From Eukaryota sp. TZLM1-RC (Eukaryota > Protista > Metamonada: BaSk clade), in NCBI GenBank assembly GCA_040285825.1, contig JAUPSS010000001.1, positions 3,162,001-3,226,000 of the forward strand: a DNA stretch of 64,000 nucleotides, given 5' to 3'. Positions 24,455 to 35,819 of the stretch are shown piece by piece; positions within the stretch are counted from its first letter, which is position 1, and each line of letters starts with the position of its first letter. Below the pieces are notes generated by a model. It saw only the letters and a list, made by a program, of their open reading frames with translations, was not told the origin of the DNA and made no database searches. The position numbers and the translations under genes are program-made.

Positions 24455-25710
24455 ATTCATTGAACCAAAATTTTCTCCACAAAATCTTGATCTGCTTGCT
24501 GTCTTGCTAAAGCTTCTCTAATTCGATTGAAAAACCGAGGCAATCTATTAATAATGAAAAATTGAATTCGAGAGCGCCATAAAAATACATCAAATCATTT
24601 CATTGTTTTTTCTTGAACCATTTTTTTTAATCATTCAAAGAAGTTCCTGCTTCTAATGATAGTCTTCCATTTATCGAAAATGGGAAAGCAATAAAAACAA
24701 AATGTCTATTTCTATCAGCATTAGCTTCTTCGATATCTTTGTCATATTTTCTATGTCTTCCTTTGCTTTAAATTCAAGAGTACTTCCAGGATTAAGATTT
24801 CTCCTTTGAACCAAAATGTCATTTGCAACATTACCGGGGACAAAGTCAACAACAGCTTCAGTGTTCTCAATCCAATCACAGTATTCATCACCTTTATCAT
24901 CAGAACCAAATATATTCAGAGAAAGTGTTTCTTTCAGCAGAGGCTTTTTGATACACGAGATTCTTGCACTTCGTGCCATATTGAAAACAGTGTTTCTAAC
25001 AGCATCATGTAATGAAGAACAATAAGTTATCAATTTCGAACAATTCAGAGCATGACGCAAAATGAGCTGTGGTGAATTCGAACAAATACATTTTTCTTTT
25101 AATAATAATTGTTCAATGTGAATAGTCAAATAAAATCTCATTTTTGTTACAAACGCTTCATTATTAACACACAGTCCAAAAGTTCGTGGTACAATAGTTA
25201 CAAACAGTGAAGAATCTGATGACTGATTTTCACAAACACCTTTTTCCAATAACAATGATTGGAGTTCTTGATTTAAAACAGCCGAGCTGCGTATATTATT
25301 ATAAAGATCATTTTCATACATTCCAGTCAATCGTTTCTGTAATATTCAAAGAGTCTATTTTAAATTTAAAACATTCTTTTCTGGAATATTGCCATTGAAT
25401 GATTGGGGAAAGCATCGACCATATTTTTCTGCATCAATTTTTGAAATTTCTTCATTTAATGCAAAAACAGTGGAACTTTGCGTTGCCATCAATAAATCTT
25501 CCCAATCTGCAAATGTTTCGGAGTACTCAAAGATTGCATTTCTGCATCCACCAACAAAAGCACACGAGGTAAGAATAGAAGCCTTCGTCCCCCTAAACCG
25601 CCATAATGTGGACTAAGGTAAGCATGGTCTGGAATTTGGAACATTTTACATCCCAGTAATTGTGACAAAACTCTTGACCGTAATTCATCAAACTTCTGAG
25701 CCAAGGGCAA
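24455..25710 (-). mobile_element. CRE family B 3' half, degraded
   Basis: Colinear with 49190-48561 plus 46158-45530 (HAYLSPHYGGLG, CICSNSP, HDAVR, GD..CDW). Confidence 0.85.
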
Positions 25711-25849
25711 AATTGTATTTTCTATTAGCTTCATGTACTTTACTGCATGTATTGCACACTTGTTGACAACAATTGGAGTTTTTTCAGTAAAAGATAAAAA
25801 TTTTTAATTCATCTAATAGGGAATATTAAATCATGAAATACACAACTAA

Positions 25850-26520
25850 ATTTGATTTGATTTGTAAATGTGAATCAAAAATTTCTCCAAATCATCTGTT
25901 TAGTTGTAAACAATTAATTACTTTCGGATCAAAAGTTCATGATGTAGTCAGGGATCAACTATATTATATGTCAAAGACACACAGTATTGTTTCCTATTTA
26001 AAACCTTTACTCTCTCGTTTGGATGATGAAAATACTTTGAATTCTTTTGGTTGAAGTACGTTTGATTTATTGCTTGAATATCTTGAAGGAACCACCATCA
26101 TTATTGATGTGAGAACCTCAGATGTGCGTAATAATTTTTTTATGCCGTTAGCCCAGTCAAAATACAAAAATTCTCTGCCTCTTGCTGAAAACAGTAATAT
26201 GATAAATAGAAAGCAAAGTTGTTATCTTTGAATGCTGAATCGCATACTCATTATGTCCTTTGTACATTTACTTTTCCCTACATGGCACGCTTGGACCACT
26301 TGCTTTATCTTTCTTGTATGATTTTGTTGAAATTGTAAAACAAGGAACAGGAAGAATTTTTGACAATACGTTTTGGCAAAACAGAATTGTATTTTCAATT
26401 TTTAAAGGTGTTGTCCCGTTATTGTCTTTTGCTTTGTTATCGCTTGGTCGTCTTTATGAATGAAAACTCCCAGTCAATTTCTTTCGGCTGATTTGGGATT
26501 TCAAGTTGGTTGATTAGTAT
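25850..26520 (+). mobile_element. CRE family D 3' fragment
   Basis: CKC..HLFSC, HDVVRDQ, FWQNRIVFSIFKG; multiple stops. Confidence 0.8.
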
Positions 26521-26689
26521 CTGTTTGTATCAATTAAATTTTGAGAAAAAAGGGAAAACACTTCGAGACATGTCAGATAACTTCAACACTGTTTGAAAAA
26601 GAGACCAGCAAATCTTATTCAATTTTTTTACTATCAATATTTATTGAGATAAGAAAAAACTATACGACAAGGTTAAAATTCTATGTTCT

Positions 26690-27945
26690 CATACCCCAAA
26701 TCAGTCAAGAAGAACTGACTGAAAATTTTTCTTTCATTAAAGTGTCCAAGAGATAACATAGCTCAAGATGACAAGGGAACAACACCTTTGAAAATTGAAA
26801 ATACAGTTCTGTTTTGCCAAAAACTCTTGTCAAAATTCTTCCAGTAAGTTGTTTAACAATTTTTAAAAAATCATCCAAAAAGGATAAAGCAAGAGGGCCA
26901 AGCGTGCCATGAGGGGAAACTGTAAATGGACAGAGGACATAATGAGTATGCGATTCTGCATTCAAGGATAACAATTTTGCTTTGTATTTGTCAATTTTGG
27001 CTTTTTCGGAAACAGTTAAGGGGTCCCTATATTTTGATTGAGCCAATGGAATAAATGAATTATTACATACATCAGTGATCTCACATCTGTAATAATGGTA
27101 GTACCTTCAAGACCTGCAAGCATTAAATCACCTCTATTTCGATCAAACGAATTCAAAGTATCTTCATCAACCAAACGGGAAAGTAGTGGTTCTAAATAGG
27201 AAACAATTCTATGTGATTTTGACATACAATGGAGTTGATCTCTTACCGCATCAAGAACTTTTGATCGGAAAATAATAAAATGTTTACAATTGAATAAATG
27301 ATTTGGAGATATTTTTGAACCACATTTACAAATCAAATTATGAGGCACGTTGACAGGCCAAATAAAACAACTAGGGCGCATTGTACAAGAAAATTCTGTA
27401 TCATTTAAAAGAAGACCATAAATTTGAGGAATCTGAGTAATTAAACACAAAGAGGAACTGTTTTGGACAGCTAACAAAAAGTTTGCGAAACCGGGATTAT
27501 CGTTTTTGGCCAAGCCAAGACGAACATTAAAATCCAAGCCCTCAAAATTATTGTTAACTTTTGTTGCAATTTTTTAACACAATACCTCAAGTTAACTAGT
27601 GTTCTAGATGGTATTTTCAGTACGTTGTCGGGAAAACATTTACTCCAAATTTCAAAGGGCAAACAATCGAGAGCATTTTGTAGGTTTCTGAGAAAATTAT
27701 TGCTTGTAAAATTCAATCAATTAGTATTATTGGGAAAACGGTTGGAAAATGCAATAACAAAATTTTACCCTTTACCAAGCAAGGCAGCCTGACAGGGAAT
27801 AGGCGATTTAGAGAAATTAATTCCACTAAATTTAGATGATGAAAACACATGACTTCGAATTAGTTCAGGATTGACATCAATCAAAGATGCAAAGAATTTT
27901 GTTTTCAAATAGTTAAATGTGCGGCAAAATAGAAATACCTGAAAA
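26690..27945 (-). mobile_element. CRE family D 3' half, degraded
   Basis: 'FCRTFN', 'SHVFSS', 'IWSKCFP', CKCG..HLFNC, RGDL, KAKIDKY across frameshifts. Confidence 0.85.
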
Positions 27946-28635
27946 AAATAAAATTTTTGACCACAAATTTTTTGGTCTAAAATTGAAGAGGGAAGAGGGG
28001 TGGGGAGGAGAAGTGGGAAGAACATCATCAGCAACTTGTGTTCGTTTGTTCTTTCTTTTGACTATACTGGAATCAGAAACAGATTCAGGCATCGCTAAGA
28101 AGAAGTAAAAACAACGATCACGGCTCTGTAAGAATTGAAGTAAGGCGGATTTTTTGTAGAGGAAGATGAAAAAAGCAATATAGTAGTTAAATAGGAACAA
28201 GAATTTCTATTAATAAAGCTCCTTTTTTTTCATCTTTGGAATTTCTGCCTAACGGCATCATACTCTTTTCGTAATGTATCTTTTGAATGTTACCACACTA
28301 ATCAGAAAACTTGAATTATAGAAACCAAAGGATCCACCTTTTAAATCACTCCTAATTCATGGAGATTACAGTTTTAATGATTTTGCTGCAATTGTATTGG
28401 GTAGATTGCAATGTTCTTTGTGAATGAGGCATTCAAAGACTCACCGTACAAATCAGTAATAGGCACGAGCAGTACATCAAAGTTGTTGTTGTTTAGACAA
28501 TTTCTCTGATGGTGAATTGCCTAACAACGACTGTGAATTTGAAAAAACAATTTTTATTTCACAAGAAAAAACTACAGCTAGAAAAACAAGTAAAACAAAA
28601 ACAAACAACTACACAAAACTATACAGAGCTACAAA

Positions 28636-30616
28636 CTATTTCCTTACCCCTTCCTTAACGTCTTGGTACAGCTCCATATAGGGTATGATGGAGTATTCAA
28701 CAACCTCACCATCGTTGTTAGAGTCTCCCTTGTTCTTCTGTTCACTGAGGCCCAAGAACTGTTCAACACTATCATGGTAAATTACATCTTCTTTAAATTG
28801 TTTAAAGAACGAAAGACACTCTTGACGTTCAAATTGTTCAAAGAACGAAGCAGACTTTAGGAGTTCAATTGAATATTGGTTATTCACATCAGGAAAACCA
28901 TCAAAAGGAGATTTGAAGATCTGGTGATAAACAATTGGGAATAAAGAAGCAGCAGCTTCAAAGAATACAGTTAGTATTCTTTCAATTATTTTAGAGTTGG
29001 TGTTCTTTTGCAGTTTTCCAACTGTTTTAAACAACCCCAACAATGGATACTTGGACTCTGAGCTGTTCGAGTTTGAGCTTATTGACTCAAACTCCGAGCT
29101 ACAACACAACAATATTGTCATAACAAATGGTTCGTTCGCAATTACTTTCTTCAACAACTGACAGTTCGAAGTGTATTCGGTTTCGGACGAAGATTTGTTT
29201 TTAAATGATTTCTTCAACTTGTTATAAAACAGTATAACATTATAATATTGACTTCGAAGTTCAAACACCATTGAAAAGCAGAAAACAATGAAAAAGACAG
29301 ACGGCATATTAACGCAAGATTTGTACATCAGTTTGTATAGGAAATGCTCTTGGGTAAGTAGATTTTGACCTGGTCCTCCGGGAAAACTTCTTGGAGCAAT
29401 TTGACCACCAGAAATGTTAAGAACGATAGGGCACTTGTGGACAAAGACCATATCATCACTCTTAGTGGAATCAGCACTAGGATATTCTTGTTTGAATCGG
29501 GCAAAGTTCTTGACCACATTTTCAGCTTCGTTATTCATAATGACTTTACCCTTTTTCTTGTTCCGTGGGACTTCTAAATTGTAAGTAGTGATGGCCATTC
29601 TTCTCCTTGCCATATACTTCAATGTGGCCAGTTTTTGGCTTACATCCCTTAACTTCAAAATTGCAGGGGCTTGATTCATCTTTGGTATCATGAGCATAAA
29701 TGTTGGAAGATTCACATTTGGAGTCATTTACTGAAGATGACTTTGTCGTGCTTATTGGCTTGAAGTCTGCCTCTTTATTAGAAACAACAGCAAAGTTTTC
29801 CTTGATGGGCTTATGAATTATAGAACCTTTAAGACACATTCCCGGTTCACTGAGAATGTACTGCATATCTTGACATAAACGATGATAGATGTACATAACC
29901 AGCATAACCAGCATGGAAAAAAGCCTGTCAAGGGCTGGCTACTTTGAGGTGGAATTAGGTTTATAGGTCATAACCCAGTTCGAGGCGAAAATGGAAGCTT
30001 CAGGGTTGCAGTTGATAGCGGTTACCAATTTCGAAAGGTAATTGGGGATGTCGAGTGGAAAATCCAACCACTTAGTGACATCATCAAACTCTGAAGCACT
30101 AAGTCCAGCAAGATCGGAGTCAAGGAACAGATAGTAATCATTGTCATTTGGCTGAACTAAATTGAGGAGAGTGTCACGGAGACAGCAATAAGGGACACGA
30201 CCATCGGACCATTTGGCATAGGAATGCTTCAGGTGGTCGTTTATGTGATGCAACTTCAAGCGGGTCATTGAAAAGAGGTTATACAGATAATCTCGCATAA
30301 CCTGAAATGCTGCATCGAGAAAGTCGGTAGAACCCTCTTCCTTGTTATTGAAGAGGATATAAATATCACCGATCGGAGCTACGTCAAAACCCTCCTTGTA
30401 CAGGACTTCAACGGCATTCCTGATCAATGAAAGATCTGGCTTGCTAAGTTTCACATCACAAATAAAAAGAATGTGAAGCTTTTTAGAGCCAGGATCGAAG
30501 ACCTTGTGGGAATTGTATTCCGTTGCAGGCATCTTGAAAGCGACACGTGAGTGAAGAGTGGTCATGCAGACTGAACAAATGTAGATTTTAGTAAAAGCAT
30601 CCGCTTCGAGACTCAT
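28636..30616 (-). pseudogene. Interrupted ORF with possible GT-A glycosyltransferase-like DxD region
   Basis: ORFs 30616-29939 and 29914-29546 share a frame, separated by one TAG; a frame change follows into 29727-28636; 'YYLFLDSDL' is DxD-like. No host-type intron found to repair the lesions. Confidence 0.35.
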
Positions 30617-30621
30617 TTCTT

Positions 30622-32306
30622 CAGAGTTGCACCCCCAACGAAAATGCGTTTTTTCGTCAGGGCTGCGTTTTTTTCAAATGAACAATCTAATTTGGATGAA
30701 ATTCTATACTATATGTAACAAATAAACACATTGTAACTATAATTTATTGTAAAACTAAAACACCAACAATAGATCAGTTCATTGCCTTAGAAACTAGGAC
30801 TCTCAATCTTCTTCTTCTAACAGCTGACAGCAAACATTCAATATTTCGATACAATCTTCCGTCTTGTTGTCTTCTTCAGAATCTTCTTTTTGACGACAAC
30901 TTGTTAGGAAATCATACACTGCTATTATTTTGTTTACACGCTCTTCAGTGAGTCTATTTCTATGCTTAGATTGAATCCAATCATGTAGATTCCACAATCT
31001 CTCAACTGCAGAAGCAGACACAAATTGGGACACCACTTGTAATGCCAATTCTCAGGTGCTTTGAAGCTCAGGTGCGTCATAACCAACTGCTGCCACCAGA
31101 TTATAGCATTAAAATTTTCTTTCTCTCTTCCTGCTAATGCTAAGGGCCTTCCAAAACTTGTGTGATTATTGAATCTTTGAAAAACAGAAAATTGATGCAG
31201 TAAATCAAGTGCCTTATCACTGTCGTAACTGGTTATTTTTAACACCAAATCTTGAAACTTACTTATACCAAATAACCATTCAGCAAAATTGAGTCTTTCA
31301 GGAAGATAATTTTTTGGGTTTAGCATCGCAGAAGCAACGTAGAAATCGGTTATTAATTGACTGGTTCGGTCATTAAACGATGCAATGATGAGATTTTTCC
31401 GTTTAATTCACTGATTACCTGTTCTAAAACCTGTTTCAGGTAGTCACCATTTTGTGACACGGCATCGTTATGGCCAGTTTTCAAATGTATTACCGAGTTA
31501 CCTGTTGATGCCATGATACCAGTCAATGAATGTTTTGACACTGAGGTGAACGAGTCTGCCATTACTGTGCATCCAATATCAGAAATGTTGTCAATGACTG
31601 CTTTTCTTTCTGTGACTGCATCTTTGTAACGGTTATCGAGCATAGTGGTACGTAGAGCATTATAACCGATTTTTTGGACAGATGGGCCTGCTGCGGCAAT
31701 TGCTTTGATCATTTTCCAGAACCACTTACTTCCAATGATGCGCAATGGTATTTCACAGCCATAGAAAAAGTCACTCACAGCTGTGCTTGCGGCTTTCAAT
31801 TTCCCATTAGAAATCAATGTATTTAATGGTTTTTTCTTGATAGGAACACCTTCAGATATGAAAGATCGCCGTTTTCTTGCAGAAGGAGATAGTGTGTCAA
31901 GCTGAGTATTTAAAAGTTTCATTATTGTTTATCAGGGAGCCTCCATGCAAACAGAGATGTTGCTTCTCTCTCCTGGTGGAACTCCCACAATATGTTCTTT
32001 GATACGCGTAGCGGAACCTGGAGTGTACTTCAAGGAGCAACAAACACATTGGTGTGTATAATTTTTTTCTATAGGAATAACTTCGGGCGAATCAATATTT
32101 ATTGTACAATCTGGGTCAGAGTTATCACAGGAAAGTTCTATGACGTAATCCCAAGCGATGTCTCGTTTGCGAGGCATGACAGAAGAGAAGAAGGAAAGAT
32201 AAAGTGGTATTGGAGTAATGAGAATTTGCTTTTAAGAAATGGTCCTCAAAATCAACAAAAAAATGCGTTTTTTTTTCATTCGCGAAAGCAAAAAGGTGCC
32301 ACGCTG
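30622..32306 (-). mobile_element. hAT DNA transposon, internally deleted (BED finger, DUF659-like, hATC dimerisation domain)
   Basis: W..C..C...SATRIKEH..C BED motif; 'DFFYGCEIPL','YNALRTTML','TVMADSFT'; 'SASAVERLWN...KHRNRL'. Imperfect TIRs CAGAGTTGCACC (30622-30633) and CAGCGTGGCACC (rc of 32295-32306); AAAATGCGTTTTTT subterminal repeats at both ends. No matching 8-bp TSD. Confidence 0.85.
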
Positions 32307-32589
32307 TTGATAAATTAATATATTTGAGCTTGTAATTTGTCAAAAACAATATATAATCAAGATTTCACATTTGAATTAAAATAGCAATTAGGGTTCATTT
32401 ATTGTCTTCATTACTTTTGCATTGGGTGTATGTTGAAACAAAAGCCTCAAAGAAAATATTTACAGCCAAAAGAAATGAAGCTAAACCATGTCACCAATCC
32501 ATTTCTCACAAGATTTAATTGTCATTTCAGCAGTAGAATCCTCAGTATTGGCAATTATAGCCTCACCGTGAACAATTTTGAAAGAAAAT

Positions 32590-32815
32590 TCAATATTTAC
32601 GCCAAAGTGCATTGTTGTGCTTCTTCATCTCTTCAACAATGACATCATCAGCAGGGCGGAGAACTGAAAAAATCAAGTCAGCACAGGTCAATGGCTTACC
32701 AGTGAGTTCTTTTACCAAATCAGGAAACTCCCTCGTGCTACCCCAGCGCCAAAAATACTGGAGAAGATCGGCACAAACATTGTGATTATGCAAAATTTGC
32801 CCATATTTGGAAAAG
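32590..32815 (-). pseudogene. C-terminal fragment resembling M3/M32-type metallopeptidases
   Basis: 'LLQYFWRWGS...FPDLVKELTGKPL'; no HExxH region present. Confidence 0.4.
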
Positions 32816-32880
32816 AAATCATTTTACTTATAGTTTACCAATTTGTTTTAACTGGAATATTTATTGAGAAAAAAACTATC

Positions 32881-33370
32881 TAGAATTCAATATCCTCCAA
32901 ACAAGCTTCACTATTACTAAACCTACTCACAGGATTATGTTCGTATTCTACACCAATAGCTAAAAGTGCCTTTGAAATCATTGTTGGAATTGACTTGAAA
33001 ATGCAAAAAACAAGTCTATTTAACCAGAAAGTGGAGTTCATTGTTTTACCAGACCTATTCAGTAACACTTTTTTGAAAATTTCAAAAAAGTGCAACCCTG
33101 AAGGTCCAATATTGCCAAAAAGAGAAATTGCAAACGGCACAAACTGATATTCCACATGTTCCACTCTAACTAACTGTGCCAAAGGCTCTTCATATTTTTT
33201 ATCTTCTTTTTTTCGGCGTTAGATAACGGCGAATCAGCGAAATACACTAAACGAGCAGCTGAATTTTTGCAAGCATTAACTGAGACAACATCCACAACTT
33301 TGAGAACACCATCGATCCCTGGAGCTACTAAATCAGCCCTTCTTTTACCAAAGGAATCATCAGTTTGATC
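32881..33370 (-). mobile_element. CRE family C 3' fragment
   Basis: KRRADLVAPG..DVVSV, YQFVPFAISLFG, ends 'ACLEDIEF'; matches 58830-59313. Confidence 0.85.
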
Positions 33371-33534
33371 TTATTCAATTTGTTGTCATAAAATTTTAAT
33401 ACAACCTTTCAAGTGTAAAATCATATTGTTGCGGAAATTGTTAGTTTTGAATAATATTAAAAAGCTTTGTATTTATAGTTTATTAGTTTCGTCTATAAGT
33501 ATAAGAAGAGAGAATACATTCCTCTAAATTGATA

Positions 33535-34110
33535 ACTTATCGTTCTTGATTACATGATGCTGTTATAGACACTGTTTTCAATATGGCACAAACTGCAAGA
33601 ATATCGTGTATCAAAGAGCCTCTGTTAAAGGAAACACTTTCTCTGAATAACTTTAGTTCTGATGATAGAGGTGATGTATACTGTGATTGGATTGAGACCA
33701 CTGAAGCTGTTCTTGACTGTGTCTCCGGTAATGTGGCAAATGACACTTTGGTTCAAAGAAGAAAACTTAATCCTGTAAGTGCTCTTGAATTTAAAGCTAA
33801 AGAAAAACATAGAAAATATAACAAAGATATCGAAGAAGCTAATGCTGATAGAAATAGACCACTTTTTTTATTACTTTCCCATTTTCTATAAACGGAAGAC
33901 TATCAGTGGAAGCAGGAACTTTTTTGAATGATTTCCAAAAGATGGTTCAAGAAAAAACAATGAAATGATTTGATATCTTTTTATGGTGCTCTCGAATTCA
34001 ATTTGCCATTGTTAATAGATTGCCTCGGTTTTTCCATCGAATTAGAGAAGCTTTAGCTAGACAGCAAGCAGATCAAGGTTTTGTAGAGGAAATCTTGGTT
34101 CCATGAATTT
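33535..34110 (+). mobile_element. CRE family B 3' fragment
   Basis: HDAV, KEPLL, RGDVYCDW, KAKEKHRKY. Confidence 0.85.
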
Positions 34111-34174
34111 CGTCCCATTAGTTATGTGTTTATTCTTTTCAATTTGCAAATTCAATAAATTACTTATCAAATTA

Positions 34175-34689
34175 TTATTTGGTAACTTCATCATTATTTG
34201 CTAAAAACGAACCCAAATGACGAATCGCATCAGTTGAATATAACTTGGCTTGAATTTCAATACCATCAACTATTGTAGAAATTGGAGAGTTTGAAAGTAA
34301 AACACATTTAAGTAAATTAAGTCGAGGGCCAATTGTGTTGAATAATTCTTTGAAATACAAAGTTGCTTCTCTGGCAATCGTTAAATCACCTATAAGAACA
34401 ACACCATCCATATAAGCAATCATTTTTAAGTAAGGAAACATTGCTTGAATATGTAATAAAATAGGTTGAATGGCCAAACAACACAAAAGAGGTTCCAAGG
34501 GTCTCCTTGCTTAGCACCACACGATAATTTCAAAATAGAATCAGCAAAATTCAAATCAGAATTTGTGCAATATGTTGGTTGAAAATAAGGTAACAATTCT
34601 GGCAAGTAATTCAACAAAGCAAAATGAATATTGCACGGATGAATTGAATTAAAGGCATTACAAAAATTCAACAACATGCAAACCTTCAA
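34175..34689 (-). mobile_element. CRE family B RT fragment
   Basis: 'NAFNSI','GAKQGDP','AYMDG','GPRLNLLKC','RHLGS'. Confidence 0.8.
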
Positions 34690-35649
34690 AAGAAATAAAC
34701 GAAGAGATCCATTTTTCTGTAGCGCCTAGTAATTGTGAGTAGCGCTTCACGAGACGTCTTTCGTCTCAGTATCCACCAACATTACGTTTTGCTTATTTTA
34801 ACAATGAAATAGTGCAAATAAATAGCAATGAAAATTTTAAAAATTTAGAGATTCAATAAAATTAAAAAAGATATTTTGAATGAAACGGAAGTCGCTATTC
34901 TTGTTTCCTTTTTACTTACTGTATACAACTGAGACATGTAAAGAATGTTGAGTACGAGTCATGAACCAACGTTTTTTAACGCTACACAAAAAATTGTTTC
35001 ACCATACAAAAAATCAAATCAATGACTACAAACCAGCAGTGCATATACAACTACGGAATTTCTATACATTGAAAAGATCAAAAAGTGTATGTATATGCCA
35101 ATGTATCCAAGTGTATGCCAGTCCTTATATGCGCTTTTCTCCTCTAAAAGACTCTTCAAGGATTTTTTAAGTGTGATTTCACATCTACTTCCAATCAATT
35201 GAGCAAATTTCTGTCACTCAGCTGATGAGCAGTCGTGAATTACGAAGAAGGGAAGAGTTGTGGTGTTGTCAGATTCAACGTTATGTTTAGGTGTTATAGA
35301 GTATACAAACACAATACATTTATTCAATACTCAAAATAGAAAAAAATGAAAGGAAGAGAGATTGATTTGTGAAGAGTAAAAGATAAGACGTTCACAAAGT
35401 ACGTCTGTAAAACGTCTTCATAGAAGGGTGTTTCCGCTGAAAATTACACGCCTCGTGCAACACTGGTACAAATTAATCAAATACCAGTTTATTGTATTAA
35501 TTTTAGTAATTTGTCTAAAATAACTATGCAGTTTTTTTTCTTGTTCTCTATTCTGTATTTTGTGATAAATTTTTTTAAATGGACTTTTTAAACTAATAGG
35601 AATATGTCATGTCAATAAAACAAACAATCAGTATTTATTCTATTTGTTG

Positions 35650-35720
35650 TTGAGGAGAACCATGATCCACATAAAATCCTTCAGATAGCCACCATTAGCA
35701 GTAGCCACCTGATAGCTGTC
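35650..35720 (-). ncRNA. Candidate Fanzor omegaRNA scaffold (structured RNA directly 3' of the Fanzor gene)
   Basis: 14-bp hairpin TCAGGTGGCTACTG-CTAA-TGGTGGCTATCTGA (35712-35681) pairs fully only on the minus strand, through 5 G-U pairs; a small second stem follows. Confidence 0.5.
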
Positions 35721-35819
35721 TAGTGGCGAAAAGAGGGTTGGGTATAGAGGAATTGATCAAAGATACTGTGAATTTCACTTATCATGCATTCCCCTTGAAA
35801 TTCATGTTTGGACAATATC

